64,000 nt of DNA from an uncultured Spirochaetota bacterium (GCA_963820525.1 CAWGAA010000003.1:576001-640000); one strand, 5' to 3'; counted from the stretch's first letter, positions 10,375 to 20,965 are shown. Numbers and translations: made by a program. Notes: generated from the sequence alone by a model not told the origin.

Positions 10375-11372
10375 CCCAGAACCTCGCACAACACTCGAAG
10401 GAGATTCCCGCCGATGATCTTCCCCGCATCCTCTTCCCGGAAGCCCGCTGCAAGGAGTGCATCCGTGAGCCGGGGCAATCCCGTCACGTCCTCCAGCCCC
10501 TCGATCGCGCCGGAAAACCCGTCCCAATCCGCGCCCAGCCCCACGTGGTCCACGCCCGCGCGCTCCACCGCATGCTCGATCACGCGAACGACATCGGCAA
10601 TCCGAACAGAAGCGGCTGGATCCGCTCGAGCAAGGATATGATCGGGAACGAAATCGATACAGACCACTCCCCCGTTCCGCTTCACGGCCTCCAGCTGCTC
10701 GTCGTCGAGGTTTCGAGGATGATCCCAGAAGCGGCGCAGGCCGGTGTGGGAGTCGACCACGGGCCGCTTCGCCAGCGACAGCACGTCCCAGAAGGTGCTC
10801 TCGTTGGCATGAGCGACATCGACAATCATCCCGCGTTCCTCGAGGGCGGGCACGAGCTCCCGGCCGAAGGGCGTGAGGCCGTTTCCCGGTCCCGGCGTCA
10901 GGCATCCCCGCGCGGCTTCGTTGTCGTGGTTGTGCGTGATCGTGACGCCGGTAACGCCGAGGCGCCTGAAGATATCCAGGGTGCGCAGGCTGCCGCAGAG
11001 CGGCGTGGCGCCTTCCAGAAAAAGGAGAAACCCGCATTTTCCGGGCTCGCAGGCCGCCCGGAGATCCGCCGCCGAGAGGATGGGACGGAAGGGAGAGGGA
11101 AGCGCCGCATTGCCGGGGGAATCCAGCAGGGCATGGAAAGCCCACACGAAATTGAGCGCGTACCGCAGCGCATGGATGCCCGTGTGCTCCGGCAGCGTAT
11201 ATGCGGCCATGACCTGCACGTTCTGGCCCGCCTCACGCAGCCTCTCGGCGTCCAGGTGCCCTTCCCGGCCCCTAGTGAAAAATGAGGGGGGATCGTCGAG
11301 ATAGCGCCCGATGGTATCGGCATGACCATCAATGATCGGGAATCTTCCATGAATTGCACGTGAATCCGGCAC
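10371..11372 (-). CDS. membrane dipeptidase (peptidase M19)
   Basis: IDGHADT, LEG, GLTPFGRELV, VDVAH, DSH, HPRNLDDEQL, HVGLGADWDG. Confidence 0.93.
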   Translation of the reverse strand: MPDSRAIHGRFPIIDGHADTIGRYLDDPPSFFTRGREGHLDAERLREAGQNVQVMAAYTLPEHTGIHALRYALNFVWAFHALLDSPGNAALPSPFRPILSAADLRAACEPGKCGFLLFLEGATPLCGSLRTLDIFRRLGVTGVTITHNHDNEAARGCLTPGPGNGLTPFGRELVPALEERGMIVDVAHANESTFWDVLSLAKRPVVDSHTGLRRFWDHPRNLDDEQLEAVKRNGGVVCIDFVPDHILARADPAASVRIADVVRVIEHAVERAGVDHVGLGADWDGFSGAIEGLEDVTGLPRLTDALLAAGFREEDAGKIIGGNLLRVLCEVLG

Positions 11373-11466
11373 GTTTGGCTCCCAGGTGCGGAAACACTAA
11401 CCCATCCCGGCGCTTGTGACAATGACGGATTCGGCCTATTCTTGAAGGGAAAAACGGGAGGGTTCG

Positions 11467-12678
11467 GTGGACCTGGTCCTCAAGATCTTCCTGTCGCTGA
11501 TTTGCGGATACCTCCTGGGCTCTCTCTCCCCCGCGTACATCCTGGGAAGGCTCGTCAAGGGAATCGACATCCGCACCGTGAACTTCAGGAACGCGGGAAC
11601 CCGCAACGTGAAGGCCACCCTCGGGTTCTGGCCCGCCGCGATCACGGCTGTGATCGACACCACCAAGGGAGTCGCGGCCCTCCTCGTTTCCCAAATGCTC
11701 TTCGGACTTCCTCCCGCACTGGCCGCCATTCCCGTGGCCGCCGCCGTGGCAGGGCACATCCTTCCCTTCTACCTCGGGTTCCGGGGCGGAAAGGGGACGG
11801 CAACGGCGATCGGCGTTTTCATCTTTCTCACCTCGCTCCAGATGGCGGAGGGAAGCTTCAGCCCCATCACATTCGCGGCGCTCCTCCTGGTGGCACTCGT
11901 CTTCCAGGTGGCCGCGAGAAACGGCGACGTGACGGGAATGGTGACGTTCCTCATGATGACGGTGATCACGCCGATCGAGATGGCGGCGAACGGCTATCCG
12001 CCGTGGGGGCCGCGAGGGGACGCGGCCCTCGACACGGCGATCTCGCTTTTCATATTCGCCTCCATTACCCGGACCGCCGTGATCAGAAAGACCTTCCGCC
12101 TCGAGCGGAAGGTGGAGATCAAGCCCTGGAGGTTGATCGCGCGGCCCTTCGCCCTCCTGTTCATCCCCATAGACCTTCTCTGGGGACGGCGGGTTGTTCT
12201 GCTCGTGATCGGGGTCGTGTCGCTCGTCTTCATTCTGGCCGACATCGTCAGGTTCCTGAGCAAGCGCAGCATTGCCGTCTTCTTCAAAGCGGCCGAGGCC
12301 AGGAGATTCTCCTCGATGACGTACTTCCTGGTTTCCGTGTTCGTCTCGTTCCTCGCGTTCCCCGACGAGATCCCCTACCTCACATTGAGCTTCACCACCA
12401 TTGGAGATCTCTTGGGAAAGCTCATTGGGCTGCGGTTCGGCAGGACCGCTCTCTATAAGGAAAAAACCCTCGAGGGATCCCTGGGCTTCTTCGGCGGCAG
12501 CGTCATGACTGCCTATATTCTCTCGCGCCTGCTGCCGATCCCGCTTTTGTTCGTATTCCTGGGGGCCGCGTTTGCCGCGTTGGTGGAGCTGTACTTCGAT
12601 CTGCTCGACGACAACTTCTCCGTCTCTCTTCTGTCCGGCGGACTGCTCTACGCCCTGCGGTTCTTCCGAAACCTCTAG
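11467..12678 (+). CDS. plsY: glycerol-3-phosphate acyltransferase PlsY fused to a dolichol/phytol kinase-like domain
   Basis: GYLLGS...GIDIRTVNFRNAGTRNV, DTTKG, GHILPFYLGFRGGKGTATAIG; C-terminal IGDLLGKLIG...KTLEGSLG...DDNF. Confidence 0.85.
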   Translation: MDLVLKIFLSLICGYLLGSLSPAYILGRLVKGIDIRTVNFRNAGTRNVKATLGFWPAAITAVIDTTKGVAALLVSQMLFGLPPALAAIPVAAAVAGHILPFYLGFRGGKGTATAIGVFIFLTSLQMAEGSFSPITFAALLLVALVFQVAARNGDVTGMVTFLMMTVITPIEMAANGYPPWGPRGDAALDTAISLFIFASITRTAVIRKTFRLERKVEIKPWRLIARPFALLFIPIDLLWGRRVVLLVIGVVSLVFILADIVRFLSKRSIAVFFKAAEARRFSSMTYFLVSVFVSFLAFPDEIPYLTLSFTTIGDLLGKLIGLRFGRTALYKEKTLEGSLGFFGGSVMTAYILSRLLPIPLLFVFLGAAFAALVELYFDLLDDNFSVSLLSGGLLYALRFFRNL

Positions 12679-12761
12679 CGGCGAAAGGCGCGTTTTCAAT
12701 CGGCGCGCGGTCCACCTCTGACCTTAACGCCTGTTCAGATACCGCAGATTCGCGTTTTTTC

Positions 12762-12790
12762 TTGCATTGTGGGGTATCGTGGTTTATACT
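12762..12790 (+). promoter_or_regulatory. sigma70-type promoter
   Basis: TTGCAT(12762-67), 17 nt spacer, TATACT(12785-90). Confidence 0.75.
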
Positions 12791-12796
12791 GTGGCC

Positions 12797-12913
12797 GATG
12801 AATTTAATTCATCGCTAAAGGGGAACGTGAGAAGCAGGGTCCTCCCAATGGAGGAAGACGCGCTCTCTAAGAGAGCCCACTCTGGAAAAGCCTCTCATTT
12901 CCCCTTTCTTTTT
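12797..12913 (+). ncRNA. candidate structured small RNA, family not recognised
   Basis: Follows the promoter. Long closing stem AAAGGGGAA/TTCCCCTTT, a three-way junction with two hairpins, and a terminal T-tract; the next gene is convergent. Confidence 0.6.
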
Positions 12914-12958
12914 GCCCATGAGCTGAAGCGTCGATAAACGCGCGGTGTCGAGCAGCGC

Positions 12959-13777
12959 TCACGCCCTCCTCCCGGCAACCTCAGCAAGTTGTTCCCAATA
13001 CCGGCGCGGCATCAGCCTCGCCTGCAGCCGATGATTCCTCCGCTCCTGTATCGCGATGCTGTCGAAATATTCGCGCCACATTGCCGCAACGAGCGGCTCT
13101 CGGTCCTGCGAAAGGGCCTCGTGAAGCTCGGGCGGCATGTCCCGTAGGTCGACGATACCCCAGCGGCGGAATTTTCTTTTTCCGGCCACGGCGGGAGCGG
13201 GCCCCGCTTCCCGTTTCCGCCAGAACCCGATGCGGCGGCGGACGTCGTGGATCAGGAATGACTGGTCGGGAAAACGATCGGCGAAATGGGGGCCGATGAA
13301 CCCCACGATGTCCGCGTCGGGTTTCACGGGAGCGTAGTACAGAATGTCCGTCACTCTTCGAAAGCGCACGAAGCCCAGGAACTTGTGAATTTCATTGGTC
13401 ACGCGGTCGCGGATTAATCGGAGCATCCGCACGTCGGGGAGGGAGACGTTGTCGATCACGGGCGCGCCGGCGGCCAGCGTGAGATCGATGTAGCGGAGGA
13501 GGAGCTGCGGAGCCCGCGGGTCGTTGGACGCGTGAGATACGATCAGGGTTTCGATCTCTTCGGCGCCGGCAGCGGCGGCGAAGCGGGCGGCGAGCGCCCG
13601 GGCCCGGCGAGGGTCGGTTGCCACCGAGACATTCGCGGAGAAAAGATCGTCAACTCGATGTTCGACGCAAGAGACCGAGACATCCTCCAGCCGGGCGCCG
13701 GCGGAGACGGCGCGAAAGGCCTCCGAGGCGGCGCAGAGAAACCCGTCAAAGCAACCGTCGTAGAGGTGGCGGATCAT
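12959..13777 (-). CDS. TIGR03915 family putative DNA repair protein (DUF4130)
   Basis: YDGCFDGFLCA, EIHKFLGFVRF, HFADRF, IHDVRR, WREYFDSIAIQERRN...MPRRYW. Confidence 0.92.
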   Translation of the reverse strand: MIRHLYDGCFDGFLCAASEAFRAVSAGARLEDVSVSCVEHRVDDLFSANVSVATDPRRARALAARFAAAAGAEEIETLIVSHASNDPRAPQLLLRYIDLTLAAGAPVIDNVSLPDVRMLRLIRDRVTNEIHKFLGFVRFRRVTDILYYAPVKPDADIVGFIGPHFADRFPDQSFLIHDVRRRIGFWRKREAGPAPAVAGKRKFRRWGIVDLRDMPPELHEALSQDREPLVAAMWREYFDSIAIQERRNHRLQARLMPRRYWEQLAEVAGRRA

Positions 13778-15174
13778 GGAAGCATCCCAAGCGCAAGAGC
13801 TTTCTCATCCTCGAACAGGGAAAGCTGGCCGAAAGCCGATCGGCTTCGGGGGTCCGCCTGACGGAGGCGCATCCGCATGAGAGACCTGTCGAGGTCCTTT
13901 CCCTCCAGGGATTTTCCTCCGCAGAGCATGAAGTAGCGGGATCTCTTCATGAGGACGCCGATCCCGCGAAGCGTGTCGAAGGACAGCGGCCCGAAGCGCC
14001 TGGCCTGGACGATCTTCTGGGCCGATTTCTGGCCCACGCCGGGGATGCGAAGCAATGCTTCATAGTCAGCCCGGGTCACCTCCACGGGAAACGCCTCCGG
14101 GTGGCGCAGCGCCCATGCGCATTTCGGATCCAGGTCCAGATCGAGAAACGGGTTGGCGGCGCTCAGGAGCTCTTCCGCGCGAAAGCCGTAGAAGCGGAGG
14201 AGCCAGTCCGCCTGGTAGAGCCTGTGCTCCCGTCCCAGAGGGGGGGCCGCCAGGATGGGCAGGCGCGGGTCCGCGCTCAAGGGAACAAAGGCCGAATAGT
14301 ACACCCTTTTCAATCGGTAGCGCTCGTAGAGCAGCTCCGAGAGCCCGAGGATTTTCAGGTCGCTTTCGGGGCTTGCGCCCACGATGAGCTGTGTGCTCTG
14401 CCCCGCCGGGGCGAATGCGGCGGTGCAGAGAGTTGGCCGGCGAGGCCAGGGCACCGGGAGCCGGGCACGAGGAGCGCGGGCCGCCGGATCCGCGGCAGCG
14501 ATGGTTTTGAGCCCGCATCCCCGACTGGCGGGTATCGAGGTGAGACGGCCCAACGGAGATTCGCTTCTGTTGAAGTCGATATCCGTCTTGACGCTCGACA
14601 TGGAGGAAAGGATGAGGCGGCCGTCCTTCTCCGGGGCGAGCCGCGCAAGGCTCGCCCGGGAGGGAAGCTCGATATTCACGGATACGCGGTCCGCCCAGAA
14701 TCCCGCCTCGCGTACCAGCCATGGCGATGCGCCGGGGATGATCTTGAGGTGGATATACCCGTTGAACCCCGACTCCAGCCTGAGGGTGCGGGCGACGCGC
14801 ACGAGCCGCTCCATGGTATGGTCCGCGCCTCCGAGCACGGCGGAGCTGAGAAAGAGCCCTTCGATGAAGTTGCGCCGATAGAAGCTCTCCGTGAGCGATA
14901 CCAGCTCCGAAACGGTGAAGGAGGCCCGCGGAACGTTTCTCGACCTCCTGTTGGCGCAGTACGCGCAATCGTTCTCGCACGCATTGGTGAAGAGCACCTT
15001 GAGCAGGGAGATGCAGCGGCCGTCATCGGCAAAGCTGTGGCAGATCCCTGGAGCCACGGCATTGCCGAACCGGGACCCCGGGAGGCTTCCCGGCCGTTCC
15101 GCTCCGCTTGTGGCGCAGGAGACATCATACCTCGCGGAACCTGCCAGGATTTTCAACTTTTCAAGAATATCCAC
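13774..15174 (-). CDS. TIGR03916 putative DNA modification/repair radical SAM protein
   Basis: KLKILAGSARYDVSCA, GICHSFADDGRCISLLK, CENDCAYC, REHRLYQADWLLRFYGF, HhH LLRIPGVG. Start placed at GTG 15174. Confidence 0.93.
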   Translation of the reverse strand: MDILEKLKILAGSARYDVSCATSGAERPGSLPGSRFGNAVAPGICHSFADDGRCISLLKVLFTNACENDCAYCANRRSRNVPRASFTVSELVSLTESFYRRNFIEGLFLSSAVLGGADHTMERLVRVARTLRLESGFNGYIHLKIIPGASPWLVREAGFWADRVSVNIELPSRASLARLAPEKDGRLILSSMSSVKTDIDFNRSESPLGRLTSIPASRGCGLKTIAAADPAARAPRARLPVPWPRRPTLCTAAFAPAGQSTQLIVGASPESDLKILGLSELLYERYRLKRVYYSAFVPLSADPRLPILAAPPLGREHRLYQADWLLRFYGFRAEELLSAANPFLDLDLDPKCAWALRHPEAFPVEVTRADYEALLRIPGVGQKSAQKIVQARRFGPLSFDTLRGIGVLMKRSRYFMLCGGKSLEGKDLDRSLMRMRLRQADPRSRSAFGQLSLFEDEKALALGMLP

Positions 15175-15181
15175 GCCTCTT

Positions 15182-15210
15182 TTTATACTATACAAATGTT
15201 ATGCTGTCAA
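15182..15210 (-). promoter_or_regulatory. sigma70 promoter of the TIGR03916 operon
   Basis: TTGACA, 17 nt, TATAAA on the minus strand, ending 7 nt before the GTG. Confidence 0.7.
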
Positions 15211-15280
15211 TTGTTTCGTATAGGGAACCGCATTTGAGGTGCCCGCGAGCATGGTGTAGGCTCGTCGAGGACGAACACCG

Positions 15281-16504
15281 ATGGGAGCCAGGGAGATCGA
15301 GGCCAAGAGCGTGCTCCGCAGATTCAAGAAGATCGACTCATGGTTCGTGGCCTCAGCCGGAATGAACCTCTACCGGGGATGCGGGCATGATTGCGCGTAC
15401 TGCGACGGCAGGGCGGAGAAGTACCGGGTGGAAGGCGAGTTTGCCCGGGAGGTCTCGGCAAAGGTGAACGCCCTGGAGGTTCTGGCAGGCGAGCTGGGTC
15501 GAAAGTCCGAGGAAGCACCTTCGACCCCGGAGCTCTGGCCGGAGATTCCACTCCCTGGCGGCCCGGCGGCGCGCGACTCTGCAGGAGGCGCCCGGCGGGG
15601 CTTACCCCGGCGGCGCGGCAATCCCCCCTCCGGCTTCATCCTTGTCGGGGGCGGAGTCGGCGACAGCTACCAGCCTCTGGAGGAGGAGTATCGACTCAGC
15701 AGGGGAGCTCTCGAGCTCCTGTATGAGCGGAACCTGCCCGTTCACGTTCTCACGAAGTCGACCCTCGTGCTGCGGGACGTCGACGTCCTGGCCCGGATCA
15801 ACCGAGGGGCCCGCGCCGTGGTCAGCTTCAGCATCTCTTCAGTTGACGACGAAGCAAGCGCGGTTTTCGAGCCCGGGGTACCTCCTCCGTCGGAGCGCCT
15901 GAAAGCCCTCTCCGTCCTCAAGAGCGCGGGGCTCGTCTGCGGGATATACCTTCTTCCCGTGATCCCATTCGTTTCGGACAGCGGGGCGGCGATCGAAAGC
16001 TCCGTCCGCGCCGCAAAGGAGGCTGGGGCGGACTTCGTCGCCTTCGGCGGCATGACATTGAAGGAAGGAAGACAGAAGGAGCACTTCATGCGCGTCATCT
16101 CCCGGGCGCGGCCCGAGGCGGCCGAAGAATGCCGCCGGCTGTATGCCAACCATGACCCCTGGGGGAACGCGGCAGGAGACTACTATGAACGGATTGGATC
16201 GCTTTTCGCTTCCGCCGCTCGAAAGCATGGAACTCCTCCCCGCATGCCCCTCCCCGTCTTCAGAAACCTTCTCCAGGGAAAAGACCTGGCGATAGTTTTG
16301 CTCGAGCACATCCACGAGATGCTGCGGCTCGAGGGAAAGAGGTCCCGCTTCGGCTGGGCGGCATATCAGGTATCGAAGGCGAAGGGGCCTCTTGCCGGAA
16401 CCCGAGGCGTCGACAGCGCAGCGGCGCGGGCGATAAGGGAGATCCTCGAAACGGGGACATCCACTCTCTACGAGGAGCTCCTTGCGGGCATATCCCGGCC
16501 TTGA
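15281..16504 (+). CDS. SplB/Rv2578c-like radical SAM protein
   Basis: NLYRGCGHDCAYC, DSYQPLEEEYRLSRGALE, LTKSTLVLRDVDVL, FEPGVPPPSERL. Confidence 0.88.
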   Translation: MGAREIEAKSVLRRFKKIDSWFVASAGMNLYRGCGHDCAYCDGRAEKYRVEGEFAREVSAKVNALEVLAGELGRKSEEAPSTPELWPEIPLPGGPAARDSAGGARRGLPRRRGNPPSGFILVGGGVGDSYQPLEEEYRLSRGALELLYERNLPVHVLTKSTLVLRDVDVLARINRGARAVVSFSISSVDDEASAVFEPGVPPPSERLKALSVLKSAGLVCGIYLLPVIPFVSDSGAAIESSVRAAKEAGADFVAFGGMTLKEGRQKEHFMRVISRARPEAAEECRRLYANHDPWGNAAGDYYERIGSLFASAARKHGTPPRMPLPVFRNLLQGKDLAIVLLEHIHEMLRLEGKRSRFGWAAYQVSKAKGPLAGTRGVDSAAARAIREILETGTSTLYEELLAGISRP

Positions 16505-16648
16505 CGGACAGCACAATCCCGGGATGAGCGCACGTGAATCGCACAGTCTTCATGGATGGATGAGATAGTCAGTCAGCTTATGCTCATGTGCAGCTTTTTA
16601 TTGCATCCAAGGAAACCCATTTCCCACACACGGGGCCCTAGACTGCTC

Positions 16649-16678
16649 TTGACATCTCAAGCGGCCCTCGGCTAATAT
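16649..16678 (+). promoter_or_regulatory. sigma70 promoter of the ilv leader
   Basis: TTGACA, 18 nt, TAATAT. Confidence 0.6.
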
Positions 16679-16689
16679 GGCACTCGATC

Positions 16690-16788
16690 ATGAAGGTTGA
16701 AGACCTGCGACAGATACGGCTCGCGCTCGTACTCGGGGTGGTAGTGGTAGTAGTACGCCCATTGCGCGCTGCCGTGTGTGCACCGTAG
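16690..16788 (+). CDS. ivbL: ilvBN attenuator leader peptide (32 aa)
   Basis: MKVEDLRQIRLALVLGVVVVVVRPLRAAVCAP*: Val/Leu run directly ahead of a terminator and ilvB. Confidence 0.85.
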   Translation: MKVEDLRQIRLALVLGVVVVVVRPLRAAVCAP

Positions 16789-16809
16789 GCAAAAGAAGGC
16801 GGCTTTCAT

Positions 16810-16845
16810 AAGCCCCTCCCGGTGACACCGGGAGGGGCTTTTTTT
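16810..16845 (+). terminator. attenuator (intrinsic terminator)
   Basis: AAGCCCCTCCCGGT-GAC-ACCGGGAGGGGCTT followed by a T-run. Confidence 0.92.
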
Positions 16846-16910
16846 ATTTCGCCCCCGGGCAGGCGGCCGATGTGACCGGCGGAACCAGCGGGCGCAGAGA
16901 AGGAGCCTGT

Positions 16911-18563
<1,653 letters not shown>

Positions 18564-18573
18564 GGAGGGACGC

Positions 18574-18876
18574 ATGAACAGGCTGCCGAGCACAATAGTG
18601 GAGCTTCGGGTGAACAACCACGCCGGAGTCATGTCGCACATCACCGGGCTTTTTTCCCGGCGCGGATTCAACCTGGAGGGCATCCTGTGCGCGCCGGTGA
18701 ACGGCGGAGAAGAAAGCAGGGTATATCTCCTGGTCAACAACGACGACCGCCTGGAGCAGATCGTGAAACAGCTGGGAAAGCTCTACGACGTGCGGTCCGT
18801 CGCCGTGCGGGATGACATCGACCATATGATTTTCAACCGCATAGAGGAGCTCATCGCGGGCGCCGTTGTGGGCTGA
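18574..18876 (+). CDS. ilvN: acetolactate synthase small subunit
   Basis: ACT domain VNNHAGVMSHITGLFSRRGFNLEGI. Confidence 0.93.
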   Translation: MNRLPSTIVELRVNNHAGVMSHITGLFSRRGFNLEGILCAPVNGGEESRVYLLVNNDDRLEQIVKQLGKLYDVRSVAVRDDIDHMIFNRIEELIAGAVVG

Positions 18877-19033
18877 ACACGGGAAGATAGCGCGGCCGCG
18901 GTGTCGTTTTGCTTTGGCTGAGCCCCCGGGGCCACCGGACCCGCGGCCCGCCCGACGCTTGCGGGCCGGGCGCTCTTGCGCTACCATGGCCTCCTCCAGA
19001 ACATCGCTCATTCAATTTCGAGGAGGCCTGAGC

Positions 19034-19951
19034 TTGCGCATCGACGCCTATTGCTATGGGATGGTTGCCCCATCCACGCTCATGCTCTTAGAGAAGTCCT
19101 TCCCCGCACCCAATGAGTATGCCGAGGTGGCCAAGGCCTTTTTCAACATGGCAGGAGAAGCCGTTGCGGGTGCGTGGGTGCTCTCGCGCCTCGGCTACAG
19201 AACCCGGATCGCGGGAAGATGGCTCGCGGATTCATCCATGAGCGACGAGCTCATCGCCTTCCTCTCCAGGGGAGGCATCGACTGCTCGCGGCTGGCCAAA
19301 AAGCCGGGGTACGCCCCCATCGAGGAGACCGTCATCTCGGACGGCCATACCAGAACGATCTTCGGCGGCTATGAAAAGATCCTCTTCAACGAGCGGCAGT
19401 GGGACGAGCCCCTGGGAGAGGACATCACGGCGTCCCGCGTCGCGCTCCTGGATCCCTTTCTCCATGCCGAGTCTTTGAAGGGAGCGGAGCTCTGCGTCAA
19501 GGCGGGCGTCCCCTACGTGACAATCGACGTGGCGCCCGACAGCCCAATAGCTGCAAAGGCCGCCGCGCTCATCGTGTCCGAGGAGCACCTTCTTCGGGAA
19601 TTCCCGGATCGCTCATCATGGCCCGAGGCCTTCGAGGAGTATTGCGCGCGGTGTTCAGGCCTCGTTGCGTTCACCTTCGGCGGCGAGGCCCTCTGGTATT
19701 CTCTTCCGCAAGGCAGAAAGCGCGAACGGCTTGTCATGACGCCTTTCACAGTGGATGTCAGAGACACGACGGGAGCGGGAGACAGCTTCAGGGCCGGGGT
19801 TGCCCACGGAATCCTGGCGGGCCTTGGCTGGGAGAAATCCCTGCAAACTGCCTGCGCCTTGGCGGGGATGGTGTGCGAGCGCTTCCCCGGGGTCCTGGAA
19901 AGCCCGACGCGCGCCGAGCTGGACGCGTTTCTGGACGCCCGCGCGACATGA
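19034..19951 (+). CDS. PfkB family carbohydrate kinase
   Basis: DTTGAGDSFRAG signature; AGGAGG RBS ahead of TTG 19034. Confidence 0.85.
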   Translation: MRIDAYCYGMVAPSTLMLLEKSFPAPNEYAEVAKAFFNMAGEAVAGAWVLSRLGYRTRIAGRWLADSSMSDELIAFLSRGGIDCSRLAKKPGYAPIEETVISDGHTRTIFGGYEKILFNERQWDEPLGEDITASRVALLDPFLHAESLKGAELCVKAGVPYVTIDVAPDSPIAAKAAALIVSEEHLLREFPDRSSWPEAFEEYCARCSGLVAFTFGGEALWYSLPQGRKRERLVMTPFTVDVRDTTGAGDSFRAGVAHGILAGLGWEKSLQTACALAGMVCERFPGVLESPTRAELDAFLDARAT

Positions 19952-20023
19952 AAAGCCGTAGCACGATCGGCTCGGCTTCGTGTACATTGAAGCCGGACTG
20001 AAACTCGAGCTGGAGGGCGAACC

Positions 20024-20965
20024 ATGGATAAAAGGAAACGGGTGCTTGCGGCGCTGGAAGGAAAAATGGATTCGATCGACAGGCCGCCCGTCTCCGTGTG
20101 GTATCATTTCGGCATCGCCTTCCTGGGCGGAAAGAGGATCGGCGAGCTTCAGGCTGATTACTTCCGCGCCTTCGACCTGGACTTCCTCAAGATGATGAAC
20201 GACTTCCCCTGGCCTCTCCCCTCGGGGCTTTCATCCATAGAGACCCCCGAGGAGCTGGGGCGCTTCGGCCGCTTCACCATGGAAGAACATTCCATGCAGG
20301 AGCAGCTGGCCGCGCTTCAGAGGGCGGTCCAGCTCGTGGGCGGCGAAGCATTCGTCGTCGACACTGTCTTCAATCCCTTCGGCGTCGCGCGGCGAACATT
20401 GAAAAAGAAGGCCATGCCCTTTCTGCGCGAAGAGCCCGGGAGAATGCTGGACTGGCTGGCCCAGTGCGCTGAAAACCTGTCCGCCTACGTGCGAGCCGCC
20501 GCGAAAACGGGGATCGGCGGCATCTTCTACTCCGTCAACGGCGCGGACCGGGACACCCTGAGCGATGACGAGTTCAACCGATTCGTGAAGCCCTTCGACC
20601 TCCAGGTGCTCGAGGCGGCCAAATCGGCGGGGCCTCTTCTCATCGGTCATATCCACGGCCCCAACCTTGTCATGCAGCGGGTGCTCTCCTACCCCGTTGC
20701 CGCCCTCAACTGGTCCCACCTTCACGACAACGAGAGCCTTGCCGCGATGAGAAAGCGAGCCGGCACGTGCTTCATCGGCGGAATGGACGAAATGGGGACT
20801 TCCCATCTCACGCCCCGGGAGATCATCGCCTCCGTGCGCTGGGCCGCTGAAGAGTCGCGCGGAGGCGGCTTCATGGCAGGGCCCGGCTGCGCCATCCCGT
20901 CGGACACGGCCCCCGAGCTCGTTCGCGCCGCTCGCGAGGCCGTTGAGACGATGAAAAAGCGCTAA
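20024..20965 (+). CDS. uroporphyrinogen decarboxylase-like (UroD/MtaA) family protein
   Basis: KRKRVLAALEG...DRPPVSVWYHF, FVKPFDLQVL, GFMAGPGCAIP. Confidence 0.85.
   Translation: MDKRKRVLAALEGKMDSIDRPPVSVWYHFGIAFLGGKRIGELQADYFRAFDLDFLKMMNDFPWPLPSGLSSIETPEELGRFGRFTMEEHSMQEQLAALQRAVQLVGGEAFVVDTVFNPFGVARRTLKKKAMPFLREEPGRMLDWLAQCAENLSAYVRAAAKTGIGGIFYSVNGADRDTLSDDEFNRFVKPFDLQVLEAAKSAGPLLIGHIHGPNLVMQRVLSYPVAALNWSHLHDNESLAAMRKRAGTCFIGGMDEMGTSHLTPREIIASVRWAAEESRGGGFMAGPGCAIPSDTAPELVRAAREAVETMKKR

Noticed and set aside
12797..12913. SRP RNA, tRNA or hammerhead identity for the structured element
   Set aside because: No SRP domain IV GGAA-loop motif, no TTC T-loop or CCA end, no CUGAUGA/GAAA core.
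16505..16648. AT-richer intergenic stretch as an ncRNA
   Set aside because: No convincing pairing, promoter or terminator seen.
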